64,000 nt of DNA from Candidatus Latescibacterota bacterium. Lineage in GTDB: Bacteria > Latescibacterota > UBA2968 > UBA8231. The notes beneath the pieces are model-generated. The model was not told where the DNA came from. It ran no database searches and saw nothing but the letters and a program-made list of their open reading frames with translations. The DNA lies in assembly GCA_965223905.1 (NCBI GenBank), contig CBDCXV010000011.1, positions 896,001 to 960,000 of the forward strand. The letters run 5' to 3'. This document shows, piece after piece, positions 48,073-58,249 of this stretch (the stretch's first letter is position 1; each line of letters starts with the position of its first letter). Made by a program: the position numbers and the translations under genes.

Positions 48073-48759
48073 ATAGCCTTTTTCTGGCTCTTCCACACGG
48101 TTCCCTGGGACCCGAACATCCGGCGTTTCCAGGGAGGCCACGTCGACTGCCAGCTCGCCTACAGCCTCAACGGATGGCACTGGCACCGCGGCTTGCGAGA
48201 TCCCTTCATCCCCAACGGTCCCCCCGGCGAGCCGGACTCCGGCTGCGTGTACCCCGGCTCGATCGCCGCAATGGCGGACGGCTCTCTGCGGATCTACGCC
48301 TCGGCCTGCACCCACGAGCACGGCGTCCCGCCTGCCGGCTCCGGCTCGATCACGGTGTACCGCCTGCGTAGAGACGGGTTCTGTTTCCTCGAGAGCGGCG
48401 GCGGTCCCGGGCTGGTCGGAATTCGCCCTGTCTACTGGAACAGCGGCGAAGTCGAGCTCAACGTGGCCAGCCAGGGGGGCCGGGTGCGCGCGCGGGTAAC
48501 CGACCCGATGGGGGCGCCGCTGGAGGGGTACGGCTTCGAGGACTGCCAGCCGTTCTCCGGCGACGACACCGCCTGGACCCCGGCCTGGAAAGACGGCAGA
48601 AAATTGTCGGCTTTGAGCGAACGCTTTCTGCGCCTCGAGATCGAGCTCGACAGCGCCCGCCTGTACGCGATCCGTGGAGACTACGTGAAAACCATGCCGC
48701 GAGACATCGCGCGGCACCGGGAGTACGGCGACATCCTCCAAGCCCGGATCGGCTGGTAG
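48073..48759 (+). pseudogene. 3' fragment of a GH32-like beta-propeller/beta-sandwich protein
   Basis: Open frame from 48073: IAFFWLFHT..DCQLAYSLNGWHW..PFIPNG..LRRDGF..ELNV..CQPFSGD..RLYAI; no 5' part. Confidence 0.6.
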
Positions 48760-48906
48760 CCCGCTCGCCGATCGCGCAGGGGGACCTCCAAACGACCTCG
48801 GGGTCGACCCTCTCTGCCGTACGCGTGCAGTGCGCGCCGCCGGGGCGGCTGAGCGATCCGGCAGCAGCTGACCCCCGATTCGCGGCGCGGCGTCCGCACG
48901 GGAAGG

Positions 48907-49951
48907 TCAGTCCCAGGTGAAAAGGACCTTGCCGCACTTGCCGCTGTCGAACAGCTCGAAAGCCTCGATCGCCTGGTCTATGCGAAACCGGTGGGTGACG
49001 AGTCGTTCCAGCGGCAGCTCTTTCTCCAGCACGAAATCGACTACCTCCTCGTACAAGCCGATGTTGTAGAGCCACGAGCCGGTCAACGTCAGCTGCTTCA
49101 TGATCATGCCCTGGAATGTCTCCACCCGGAATGTCTCACCCACGCCGACGATCGCCAGGCGCGCGTATTTTCCGGCGCACGCCATCATTGCTTCCTGCGC
49201 CTTGGAGTGACCGGAATAGTCGGCGCCGGCGCTGATTCCCTTGCCGTTGGTGAGATCCAGCGTCACCTCCGCCGGGTCGCTGTTTGAAGCGTCGATGACC
49301 TTCCACGCCCCCAACCGGCGCGCCAACTCGAGACGCTCCGGAACCAGGTCGACCCCGATCACGCGCGCGCCGCGCGCCGCGGCGAACGCAACCGCGCAAA
49401 GGCCGACCGGGCCGAGGCCGAAAATCGCCATCGTGTCCTCTCCGGACGCCTCCACCCTCTCGATCGACTGGTAGGCCGTGCTCCCGACACAGGCGAGCAC
49501 TGCGGCATTCTCGAAACCGAGAGCGTCGTGCAGGGAGAGGCAGTTCCGCTCCGGAGCGATCACGCAGTCCGCGGCCGAACCGTCGTACCTCGTTCCGTAG
49601 CTGCCGCGCTGAGGGCAGAACATGATGTCGCCCAGACGACAGAAGCGGCAGGTTCCGCAGCCGACGTGCGGGTAGACCGAAACCCGGTCGCCCGGCTGGA
49701 CTGCCCTCACTCCCGCTCCGATCTCCTCTAACGATGCCGCAGGGTTCATGCCCCGTTATCGTATCTGGAGATCCCCCGAGCATCTCCCGGAAGGCCACCA
49801 GGTCTGCCCAGCTCTTGCGGTAAAAGTGCATGTCCGTGCCGCAAATCGAGGAGGTCTTCATGCGCACCCGCACCTCTCCAGGGCCGGGGTCCGGGGTGGG
49901 AAACTCCCTGATTTCGGCTTTTCGATCTCCAGTGAATACCACCCCTTTCAC
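48907..49951 (-). pseudogene. Zinc-binding alcohol dehydrogenase with one frameshift (~49730; possibly a sequencing error)
   Basis: SICGTD and GHEPCG in one frame; CGTCRFC, GLGPVG and GKVL in another; GAGGAGG RBS. Confidence 0.82.
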
Positions 49952-49963
49952 AGTGTCCTCCTC

Positions 49964-50023
49964 TTGTTAGTTAGGTAGAACTTTTTGTTAGTTAGGTAGA
50001 ACTTTTTAGTTAGGTAGAACTTT
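49964..50023. repeat. Tandem repeat, three copies of the core TTAGTTAGGTAGAACTTT
   Basis: Units of 21, 21 and 18 bp start at 49964, 49985 and 50006. Confidence 0.9.
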
Positions 50024-50195
50024 GGTCCCGATCGGTACAGCTCGACTTCGCCTTCGACAGCCATCCGACAGATCCCGTCGAAACAAGCGGACCTTCAGGC
50101 GAGCCCAGGTAGCGGGCGGCCGGACTTGCTCACAGAACCGGTTTGCCGCGGCCTATGCAGGCACCATCGGTTGCGTTCCATGTCCGTTGAGGTGG

Positions 50196-50984
50196 TCATA
50201 CAGCCGCTACCCTCTTTTCGAGCGCTGCCAGGCCATCGACCATCCGCCTGATTCGCGGGCTCCTGCTTTCCAGCAGGGCTCGATGAGGGTGAAAGATACC
50301 TGGAGACTGTTTCAGCTCTTTCAGCTCGGCCTCGGTCCGGGGTCGCCCGGCGAACTTCAAAACGATGGTTCTCCGCCTCCCCACCTTGCCGTACACGGAG
50401 TGAAATATCCAGGGGTTCACGATCGCGATGTCGCCGGGAGCCGTCTCTACGGCGCACCCGGGTATGTCCTGGCCCTGCAGCCCGAAAAAGAGGGGGTGTT
50501 CCTTTGTATGCTCTTCTTGGAAAGGCAGGAGGATGTCGAACAGGGGCGACCGGTGCGACCCCGGGATAACGCGAAGTGCACCTTCCTCCCGGGTCAGCGG
50601 GTCGAGGTAGAGCATGATCTTCAACCGCCGGGAGGTCAGCTTCACCCTCGATTTATCCCCGTCGGTATGCCAGTGGTGGACCGGTCCGTTCCGGTCTACG
50701 CCGCGCATACCTTCAGAACCGACCCACAGAAAGCGATCTCCGATCAGGTCGCAGGCCGCCTCGTGGATGCGCTCGTCATCGATCAGCCCCATCAACTGCT
50801 GGCTGCGTTCGACAAACCCGGCTTCCCATATCACTTCATCCTCCTGCGGTTCGCGCCCGAGAACCCGACGATACAGCCTCTCGGTCTCAGCGATGAGCTC
50901 CCCGGTTTCGGCGTTGGAGAAGGCGCCGCGCAGGATCAACAGGCCGAACGCCTGGAAATGGCTGATTTGCTGATCTGTCAACAT
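50196..50984 (-). CDS. Phytanoyl-CoA dioxygenase (PhyH)-family Fe(II)/2OG dioxygenase
   Basis: WHTD (HxD), GALRVIPGSH, PGD..FHS and RR motifs. Confidence 0.88.
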   Translation of the reverse strand: MLTDQQISHFQAFGLLILRGAFSNAETGELIAETERLYRRVLGREPQEDEVIWEAGFVERSQQLMGLIDDERIHEAACDLIGDRFLWVGSEGMRGVDRNGPVHHWHTDGDKSRVKLTSRRLKIMLYLDPLTREEGALRVIPGSHRSPLFDILLPFQEEHTKEHPLFFGLQGQDIPGCAVETAPGDIAIVNPWIFHSVYGKVGRRRTIVLKFAGRPRTEAELKELKQSPGIFHPHRALLESRSPRIRRMVDGLAALEKRVAAV

Positions 50985-51046
50985 CGGATATTCCGGTCTC
51001 CTCGGAGCCGCCGAAGATGGGCAGAAATGTGCCGGGGTTGGCAGCT

Positions 51047-52079
51047 CTACCCGTCACCGCCTTGATTCTGCAGCTGTCGCAAGTAAGGATCTGCGTCTTC
51101 CCGGTGCTCGGCCAGCAAGTCCGCGTCAATTCGGATCGGCGCTCCCGCCAGGGTGGCCAGCGTGACCGCATCGCTCGGCCGCGCGTCGATTGCGGCATCG
51201 CCCCCGTCATCGTGGATCCCCAGCTCTCCTATGAATGTGCGGTCGCTGATGGCGGTCACCCCGGCGTGCGTGATGGTCGCGTTCCCCGTTTCCACGAGAT
51301 TGAAGAGAAGCCGGTGCGCGGGAAAGCGGTCGATCTGTACATCTTCCACAGCCTCGTAAAATGCCATGGCCTGGCAGAAGTCGACAATTATCGTGAAGAC
51401 GGAGGTCGAATCCGGGTCGATGAAAATCAGCCCCACACCGCTCCGGGCGGGATTCCGCGCGAAGGCCAGGAACCGCAGCGATACCGGTTGCGACTGGGAC
51501 TGCCGCGCCGCTGGCGCTGGCTGCCCGCCGAGGGCTGCTTGTCCTGCCGGTACCGCCGATTCCGATCGGTCCTCCAACCCCAATGTCAGGTGCTCGAGAA
51601 GGGCGGCCGTTCCGACTATGTCCGCGAAGGTACGCTGTGCCGACAGCCAGCGCGTCCCCCGGGGAGGCCTCCAGGTCCACCACGGTGATCCCGTGCGCAA
51701 CCGAGACGTGTGCGATGGCGGAATCTCCGATGACGTCGATCGTGACGCTCGGGACGGCGAGTCCGAGCTCATCGGCGATCGCCTTGAACAAATCGTGTGT
51801 CCGGGGTCGAGGAAACGGGATTTCGTGGATCTTGTCGTAAACGACATCGCCCGTGCAATCCGCTATCGGAAGCTGCACCACGCGGCCGTCCGGCCGCAGC
51901 AGAACGACGACTGCCGATCCGTCTTTCCGATACAGTACTTCCTCTATTGTCAGTTGCTCCGGGACAGGCTGCCCGTCGCCGCTGGCGGTGACCGTCTCCT
52001 TGCCGTCGTCACCGCAGGCGAGCAGAAAAACCCACACGAGCGCCGGAGGCAGCCAGGAGCGCAGGGGTACGATCCTCAT
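51047..52079 (-). CDS. Lipoprotein with two bifunctional-nuclease (DUF151)-like domains, frameshift at ~51630
   Basis: Lipobox LLAC; domain 1 PRPRTHDLF..DLEASPGDALAV; domain 2 RFPAHRLL..IDARPSDAVTLA..APIRI in the other frame. Confidence 0.68.
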
Positions 52080-52565
52080 CCGTGGAGAACCCGGTGCCCG
52101 TTGGCCGGGGAAAAAAGATCATGTCTGTGATGGAAGAGATGCCCACTCTTGAGGAATTTGCCCGGAATGGGGCGGCTGAAGATGGGCGAGTCCCAGGGGG
52201 GAGCTCAATGTCACCCACGCGCCTTGTCAGCCTCTCGGCGGCCCCCGATTTGTCGCTGGATTCCGTTCGGACGGGCGACCACGGGATTCTGTCACGTCCT
52301 TCCCTTTATGCTTCGGCGCGTCCACAAGTCGCCCGCGGATATGGTGCCCTCGGTCGACAACGGCGCAGGCGACTGCGATCGCAGAGTCTCGATGTTCGCA
52401 CATCACGAACAACGCTGTGCCACCGAAAAATTAGCATTTTATTCTCCTGATATCTTATCTGATAGCGACGGGAAGCCTCTTCTGAGATCGCGCCGGCTGC
52501 CCCCTGTGCACCGGGCCATGTCCGGAAGTACATATCGAAATCCTCTTTCGACGGAGCACTTACCT

Positions 52566-53724
52566 ATGTACAACACCATTTGGACCTATCTGTGGGATCT
52601 CTGTGACGACGGGATCGCCGAATCGGTCCGCTATCTGCGCAATGAGATCGGCCTCGACGCGATCAGCGTCGCCACGGCCTACCACACCTTCCAGCAAGTG
52701 CGGCCTCACCGGCAGGGCCGCAAGTTGCTCACGGGGGACTCCGCCGCGGTCTACTTCCTTCCCGACGGCAGCTTGTACGGCGATACCGCCATCAAGCCCT
52801 ACGTCGCTCCCCTGGCCCGCGACTCCAACCCCTTGCAGGAACTGGCCGAAACCTGTGCCGGACAGGGCCTCGATCTCATCAGCTGGACGGTCTGTCTGCA
52901 CACCAGCCGCCTGGCGCGGACCTATCCCCAGTACGCCCAGCAGACCGCGTACGGCGACAACCTCGGCTGGATCCTGTGTCCTGGCGAGGAGGAGGTGCGC
53001 GCCTATGTCTCCGCCCTCTGCACCGATCTCGTCGCCAACTACGGAGTCAGGCGGGTCGAGCTCGAGACCTGCAACTTCGGCGGGTACGGGCATTCCCATT
53101 TCCACACCAAGGACGGCGTGCCCCTCGGCACCGTCGGAAACTACCTGTACAGCCTGTGCTTTTCTCCCGGTTGCGTCGCCAGGGCGAAACAGCGAGGCAT
53201 CGACGCCGCGGGACTGAAATCGTGGGTCAAGCGGCAGCTGGACCAGGTCTTCGCCTCGGGGAAGGGGCTGGAAGGAGAGATCCCCTCATTCGTGGAGTCG
53301 CACCCCGAGTTGGCGGCGTTCCAGGAGATGCGGGAAGATCTCGTGACCTCGCTGATCGGCAGGATCAAGGCGGACAGCGGCGCTCCCGAGGTCTCCTTCC
53401 TGCTGATGGGAGACCGCTGGTTGGCCGGCATCAGGCCGGAGAAGATCGCCGGGCAATGCGACCTCCTCGGGGCACTGGTTTACACCGCCAGCCCGGAGGT
53501 CCTCGAAGAACGGGTCAAGGGAGCCCTCGAGCAGTCGCGGATCGAGCCGGGGAGGCTGGTCGTCGGATTGCAGGCCTATCCCCCGTGCGCAGGTGACGCG
53601 GAAACCCTCGCAGCCGTCTTCGCGCGCGCCCGGGAATGCGGGGGGGGAACAGTTCTCCTTCTACAACTACGGCGTCATGCCGCGCCCGAACCTCGATTGG
53701 ATCCGGCGCTGCGTGAGCAGCTGA
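52566..53724 (+). CDS. Hypothetical glycoside-hydrolase-like TIM-barrel protein (frameshift in G-run at ~53640)
   Basis: Start MYNTIWTYLWDL; ATAYH, WTVCLH and LCP motifs; the shifted frame gives the family-like end FSFYNYG..LDWIRR..* at 53724. Confidence 0.6.
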
Positions 53725-53779
53725 CGCCGGATCGCGGTTTCCAGCACGCAGCCGGAGGTGGGGCCGGGAGGAAGGCCGC

Positions 53780-54301
53780 TCAGCCGGCCAGTTCCCCGAG
53801 TGCGGCCAACGCCGCGTCGTAGTCGGGTTCGTCGGTCACCTCGGGAACAACCTGTGAGTAGACGACCCTTCCACTAGCGTCGAGCACGAAGACGGCCCGG
53901 GTCAGGATTTTCAACTCCTCGATCATCATCCCCCAGTCCTCTCCGAACCGGCGATCCTGGTAGTCGCTGCCGGTGCGCATGTTGGCGATCCCCTCTTCGC
54001 CACAGAAGCGGGCGATCGCAAACGGCAGATCGCAGCTTACCGTCAAGGCGTGGACGCGGTCCCCGAGACCGGCGAGCTCTTCGTTGAAACGTCTCGTCTG
54101 CACGGCGCAGACCGGGGTGTCGAGGGAGGGCACCACACTTATGATGGAAGGCTTTCCCTCGAGATCGGCCAGGGTAATGGTCTGCATGCCCTCCTCGAAG
54201 TAGTGCAGAACGAAGTCGGGGGCCTGCTGTCCGACGTGAAGCTCCTCACCGGCTAGGGTCAGGGGTCCCCCCATGAAGGTTACGACTCCAGTGCGAGCCA
54301 T
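53780..54301 (-). CDS. tpx: Thiol peroxidase (atypical 2-Cys peroxiredoxin)
   Basis: VPSLDTPVCAVQTRRFN, SCDLPFA..RFC and EPDYDAAL; AAGGAG RBS before ATG 54301. Confidence 0.95.
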   Translation of the reverse strand: MARTGVVTFMGGPLTLAGEELHVGQQAPDFVLHYFEEGMQTITLADLEGKPSIISVVPSLDTPVCAVQTRRFNEELAGLGDRVHALTVSCDLPFAIARFCGEEGIANMRTGSDYQDRRFGEDWGMMIEELKILTRAVFVLDASGRVVYSQVVPEVTDEPDYDAALAALGELAG

Positions 54302-54364
54302 GATTGTTTTCTCCTTTGTTCCGATTTCTGCCGGTTTGAGACCGGGAAACATAGACCCGGAATG

Positions 54365-54394
54365 TCTGTCTGCAACTCTTAGGTTGCAGACAGA
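54365..54394. promoter_or_regulatory. Perfect inverted repeat (candidate operator) between the divergent tpx and porin genes
   Basis: TCTGTCTGCAAC-tcttag-GTTGCAGACAGA, 12-bp perfect arms. Confidence 0.45.
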
Positions 54395-54575
54395 GCTCGC
54401 CACAACCACCGCCAGGCCGGTTCTTTCCCTGTCCGCGTATTACAGTTATGGTTTTTACGATGTCAGACACCGACGAAACATGTGATTTCCAACATCGACC
54501 GGAACGGTTTCCAAGGAAGGCGAGGCGGTTCCCCTGTTCAGCAGGCACGGAACTTCAATTCCAAAGGAGCGATTC

Positions 54576-55691
54576 GTGAAGAAAGCAATTCCTTTATTTG
54601 TGCTGATCTGCCTGCTAGGAGGGTCGGAGCCGGGGTCTGCAGGACAATTCACTCCCTACGGCTTTATCCGCTTCGACGCCGTCCTCGACGACTCCAGGCT
54701 GTCTCACCACCAATACCCCAACTGGGTGAAGTCCGAGCCACCGGGCGCCGAAGACCACGGCAATCTGACCATGTACCCCCGCCTCACCCGGATGGGGGCC
54801 AGGTTCACGCCAGTCGAATTGGGGGAGGACAGCGAGATAAGCGGGGTCATCGAAACCGACTTCCAGAACGGCGGCAGCGAATCGCGTCAGATTCTGCGCC
54901 TGCGGAAGGCGTATTTCAACCTGAGGAAAGGAAATTGGCACTTCCTGGCCGGCCAGACCTGGGACCTGATTTCCCCCCTGTTCCCGGCTGCCAACAACGA
55001 CGGAATGATGTGGAACACCGGCAACCTGGGCGACCGCCATCCCCAGGCGCGCCTCACCTACAAACCCGCAACGGGCTTTTCCGCAGCGGTCGCCCTCGGC
55101 CAGACCGGGGCGGTGGACAAGAAGGATCTCGACGGCAACGGCATTCTAGATGGTTGGGAGGCAAGGATGCCCTTCCTGCAGACGCGGGTCGGGATGGAGC
55201 AGAAGAATTTCAGGGCCGGCGCCTGGGCCCATTGGGGGACGGAGGAGACAGCCACCCCGGTGGCCGGCAGTTCCAGCTTCACCTCGACCGTGGTGGGACT
55301 GGACTTCTCGGTATCCCCGGCCGACAGGCTGGCCATCGAAGGAGAGGGCTGGACCGGCAGCAATCTCTCCGATATCCGCGGCGGCATCGGCCAGGGAATC
55401 AACACGGAGACCGGAGAGGAGATCGCGTCCTCCGGCGGCTGGGTCCATGTCCTGGTCAAGCCGAGCGAGGGTTGGAAGCTGTATGCCGGAGCGCTCATGG
55501 ACACCCCGGATGAGGAGGCGGTGCCCGAAGGGGGACGCACCAGGAATCAGGCGGTCTACCTGGTGAACCGCTACCGGCCCTGGAAGAACTTCCAGGCCGC
55601 GGTCGAGTATTTGCACTGGACGACCGAGTACAAGCAATCGCACGACGGGGCGGCCAACCGGGTGGATCTCCATTTCACCTACAGCTACTGA
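54576..55691 (+). CDS. DcaP-like outer-membrane porin
   Basis: Signal peptide; YGFIRFD, IETDF, LRLRKAY and LAGQTW motifs; C-terminal HFTYSY. Confidence 0.75.
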   Translation: MKKAIPLFVLICLLGGSEPGSAGQFTPYGFIRFDAVLDDSRLSHHQYPNWVKSEPPGAEDHGNLTMYPRLTRMGARFTPVELGEDSEISGVIETDFQNGGSESRQILRLRKAYFNLRKGNWHFLAGQTWDLISPLFPAANNDGMMWNTGNLGDRHPQARLTYKPATGFSAAVALGQTGAVDKKDLDGNGILDGWEARMPFLQTRVGMEQKNFRAGAWAHWGTEETATPVAGSSSFTSTVVGLDFSVSPADRLAIEGEGWTGSNLSDIRGGIGQGINTETGEEIASSGGWVHVLVKPSEGWKLYAGALMDTPDEEAVPEGGRTRNQAVYLVNRYRPWKNFQAAVEYLHWTTEYKQSHDGAANRVDLHFTYSY

Positions 55692-55994
55692 AGCCTCCCG
55701 CGGCCGGCGGACGTCGAACGTGGCTGATCATCTCTACCCGCTGACTGCCGAAACGGTCTGGTCGGCGCGCTTCCGGAACCTTGGAAGTTGGGGCGGCCAG
55801 TGCCCGCAAAGAAAAGATCCAACCTTCACCATGCCGACTCCGAAACTGCTGGGCAGGTGATCGATTCTCCGGCCGGGAGCGTGTGGTTCCGCTTTCCCGC
55901 GGTGAACCGAGACGTCGAATTGGTCGGAGTTCATTCTGGCCACCCCCCTTATTCCACTATAAGGTTCATCAAAGCAAGGTCCTTCAAAGCCGCG

Positions 55995-57321
55995 GGACAG
56001 GCCTCGTCGTCGCCATCGTCCTCGCCTACGGGGCCTCGCGCTTCGAATCGCGCCCGGTGGTCGAGATGACACGCAGCGCGCGGGAGATGGCGAGCGGCGG
56101 ATACGGCGGACACATACCGGGAACGGCGTTGGCAGCCAGGGAGCTTCACGACCTCGCCCGGGCCCTGCGAGACATGTACAGCCAGATCCAGGACCGCGTC
56201 GCCCAGCTCAGCACGGAGAAAACCCGGCTCGAGGCGATTCTAGACAGCGTCTCGGAAGGGATCCTGGTAACCGACCCGGACAATCGCGTCGCCCTCGCCA
56301 ATCCGGCCTTGACGCGTATGTTCGGGCTCGAGAGCTGGCGTCCCGGCATGCCCCTGGTCGAGCTGGTACGCAATACCCGGGTCGAGGATAGCGATCGCCG
56401 AGACCTCGAACTCGGGAAGGGGGACGGCACTCGAAGTCGAGCTCAGCGGCGAAGAGCGCCACATCGACATCAGGGTGGCGCCGGTCGTTTCCGAGCGGCT
56501 CGGCCGGGGTACGGTGGCCGTTTTCTACGACATCACCCGCCAGCGCCGCCTGGAGACCATGCGCAAGGATTTCGTCGCCAACGTCTCGCACGAGCTACGA
56601 ACCCCCCTGACCGCGATCAAGGGCTGCGCCGAGACCCTCGTCGACGGCGCCATCGATGACGATGATGCGGCCGCACGCTTTCTCCAGGTCATAGCCACCC
56701 ATTCCGACCGTCTGACCAACCTGCTGAACGATCTCCTCGACCTCTCACGCCTCGAGTCCGACGAACTCGAAATCGAGGCGGCCCCCTGCAACGTGCGGGC
56801 CCTGGCGGAGTCCTCGATAGAATCCGTTGCCCAGATCGCCGCGCGCAGGGGCATCGCCATCGACGTCTCCGTAGGTGCGGAGATTCGTGCCCTGTGCGAT
56901 CGCAAGCTGATCGAGCAAGCCCTGATAAACCTGATCGAGAATGCGGTGAAGTACTCGGCTGAAAACGGCCGCGTCGAAGTCGGAGCCCGCATCCTGTCCC
57001 GGGCGGAGACCTGGGCCCCTTTCTCGCCGAAAGAAGCTGGAGCGGCGGGGCCTCGCCCCCCTGGCCGACGGCGGCGAAAAGAGGGCGGGGGCCATCCTCC
57101 TCCAGGTCGCCGATACCGGGATCGGCATCCCGTCGGAGGCGGTCACCCGGGTTTTCGAGCGCTTCTACCGCGTCGACAAGGGCCGTTCCCGGGAAATGGG
57201 GGGGACCGGCCTCGGGCTCTCCATCGTCCGCCACGTGGTCGAGGCCCACGGCGAGCGCGTCTTCGTCGACAGCGAGCTGGGCCGCGGGTCGACCTTCGGG
57301 TTCACCCTTCCGGCCGCCTGA
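55995..57321 (+). pseudogene. phoR: PhoR-like sensor histidine kinase (HAMP-PAS-HisKA-HATPase), 5'-truncated and frameshifted
   Basis: AILDSVSEGILV (PAS), [27 protein letters not shown] and [25 protein letters not shown] across three frames. Confidence 0.75.
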
Positions 57322-57451
57322 CGAACCTGCGGGGGCGGGGACAGGGACGCACAACAATCGGAGATTGCCTTCTTCTGCTGCTTCCGGGCGCGGCTTCGCC
57401 AATCACATCCACCCGACACCTCGCCGGCTTGACCGGCCCACGGAGAAGAAA

Positions 57452-58240
57452 ATGAACGCACCTGATGTCGAACTGAGACCGCCGGAGGGATTGGAGCTCC
57501 CGATCCAGGGGCCGCCCTACGGACGCCCACCTGCCGAGCTTCTCGAGGCGATGCAGGTGGTCAGCAGCGCCACGGCCGCGGCCATGCTGCACAAGATGGG
57601 AATTCGCCAGACCTTCATTCAGGGACCGCTTCCCCGCACCCCGGGCGCCAAGGTCGTCGGCTCCGCCCTCACCCTGCAGTTCATGCCCCAGCGCGAAGAC
57701 GTCGCCTCCGGCGCGGCCCAGGAAAACGTCGAGAAGTCGTCGGCGCTGTGGCAGGTGTTCCGCCACGTACGGCCCGGGGACCTGCTCTGCATCCAGGCAT
57801 ACGGAGACATGTACACCGGCTGCGTAGGCGAGATGTTGACGACCTATTTCAAGGCGCAGGGAGGAGTCGGGCTCGTCGCCGACGGCTGCGTTCGCGACTG
57901 GCCCCACATCCGGGAGATCGGCCTCCCGATGTGGCTGCGCGGCTTCACTCCGAACTACGCCTCGCAGACCCACCTGTTTCCCTGGGCCTGCAACGTTCCG
58001 GTCGCCGTCGCCGGCGTCCTCGTCATGCCCGGAGACGTCATCATTGCCGACGACGACGGAGCCGTGGTGGTGCCGCTGCAGATGGCCGCCGCGGTCGCGG
58101 AAATCACCAGGGAGCACGAAGACTGGGAGAGCTTCAGCCGCATGAAGCTGACCGAGGGAGGATCCCTCTACAAGTACTATCCCCTCAATGACGAGGGGCG
58201 CGAGGAGTACGAAGCCTGGCGACGCGGGGACGGGAGCTGA
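57452..58240 (+). CDS. RraA/HMG-aldolase family protein
   Basis: VGSALTLQFMPQRED, GCVGEM, DGCVRD and PGDVIIADDDG. Confidence 0.85.
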   Translation: MNAPDVELRPPEGLELPIQGPPYGRPPAELLEAMQVVSSATAAAMLHKMGIRQTFIQGPLPRTPGAKVVGSALTLQFMPQREDVASGAAQENVEKSSALWQVFRHVRPGDLLCIQAYGDMYTGCVGEMLTTYFKAQGGVGLVADGCVRDWPHIREIGLPMWLRGFTPNYASQTHLFPWACNVPVAVAGVLVMPGDVIIADDDGAVVVPLQMAAAVAEITREHEDWESFSRMKLTEGGSLYKYYPLNDEGREEYEAWRRGDGS

Positions 58241-58249
58241 ACCGGACCC

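Noticed and set aside
52082-52565. Long intergenic region as a possible riboswitch/ncRNA (also 29890-30240)
   Set aside because: No recognisable conserved RNA motif by eye; an Rfam/Infernal scan would be needed.
53635-53650. Poly-G tract as a phase-variation switch
   Set aside because: The run is short and near the 3' end, in a region with many other indels; sequencing error is more parsimonious.
54436-54470. Possible Pho box upstream of the porin
   Set aside because: The TTACA/TTACG/AGACA half-sites lack the 11-bp periodicity.
55788-55905. Possible PhoB C-terminal remnant (AGQVIDS..WFRF)
   Set aside because: Similarity to IETVRGxGYRF is too weak to call without an alignment.
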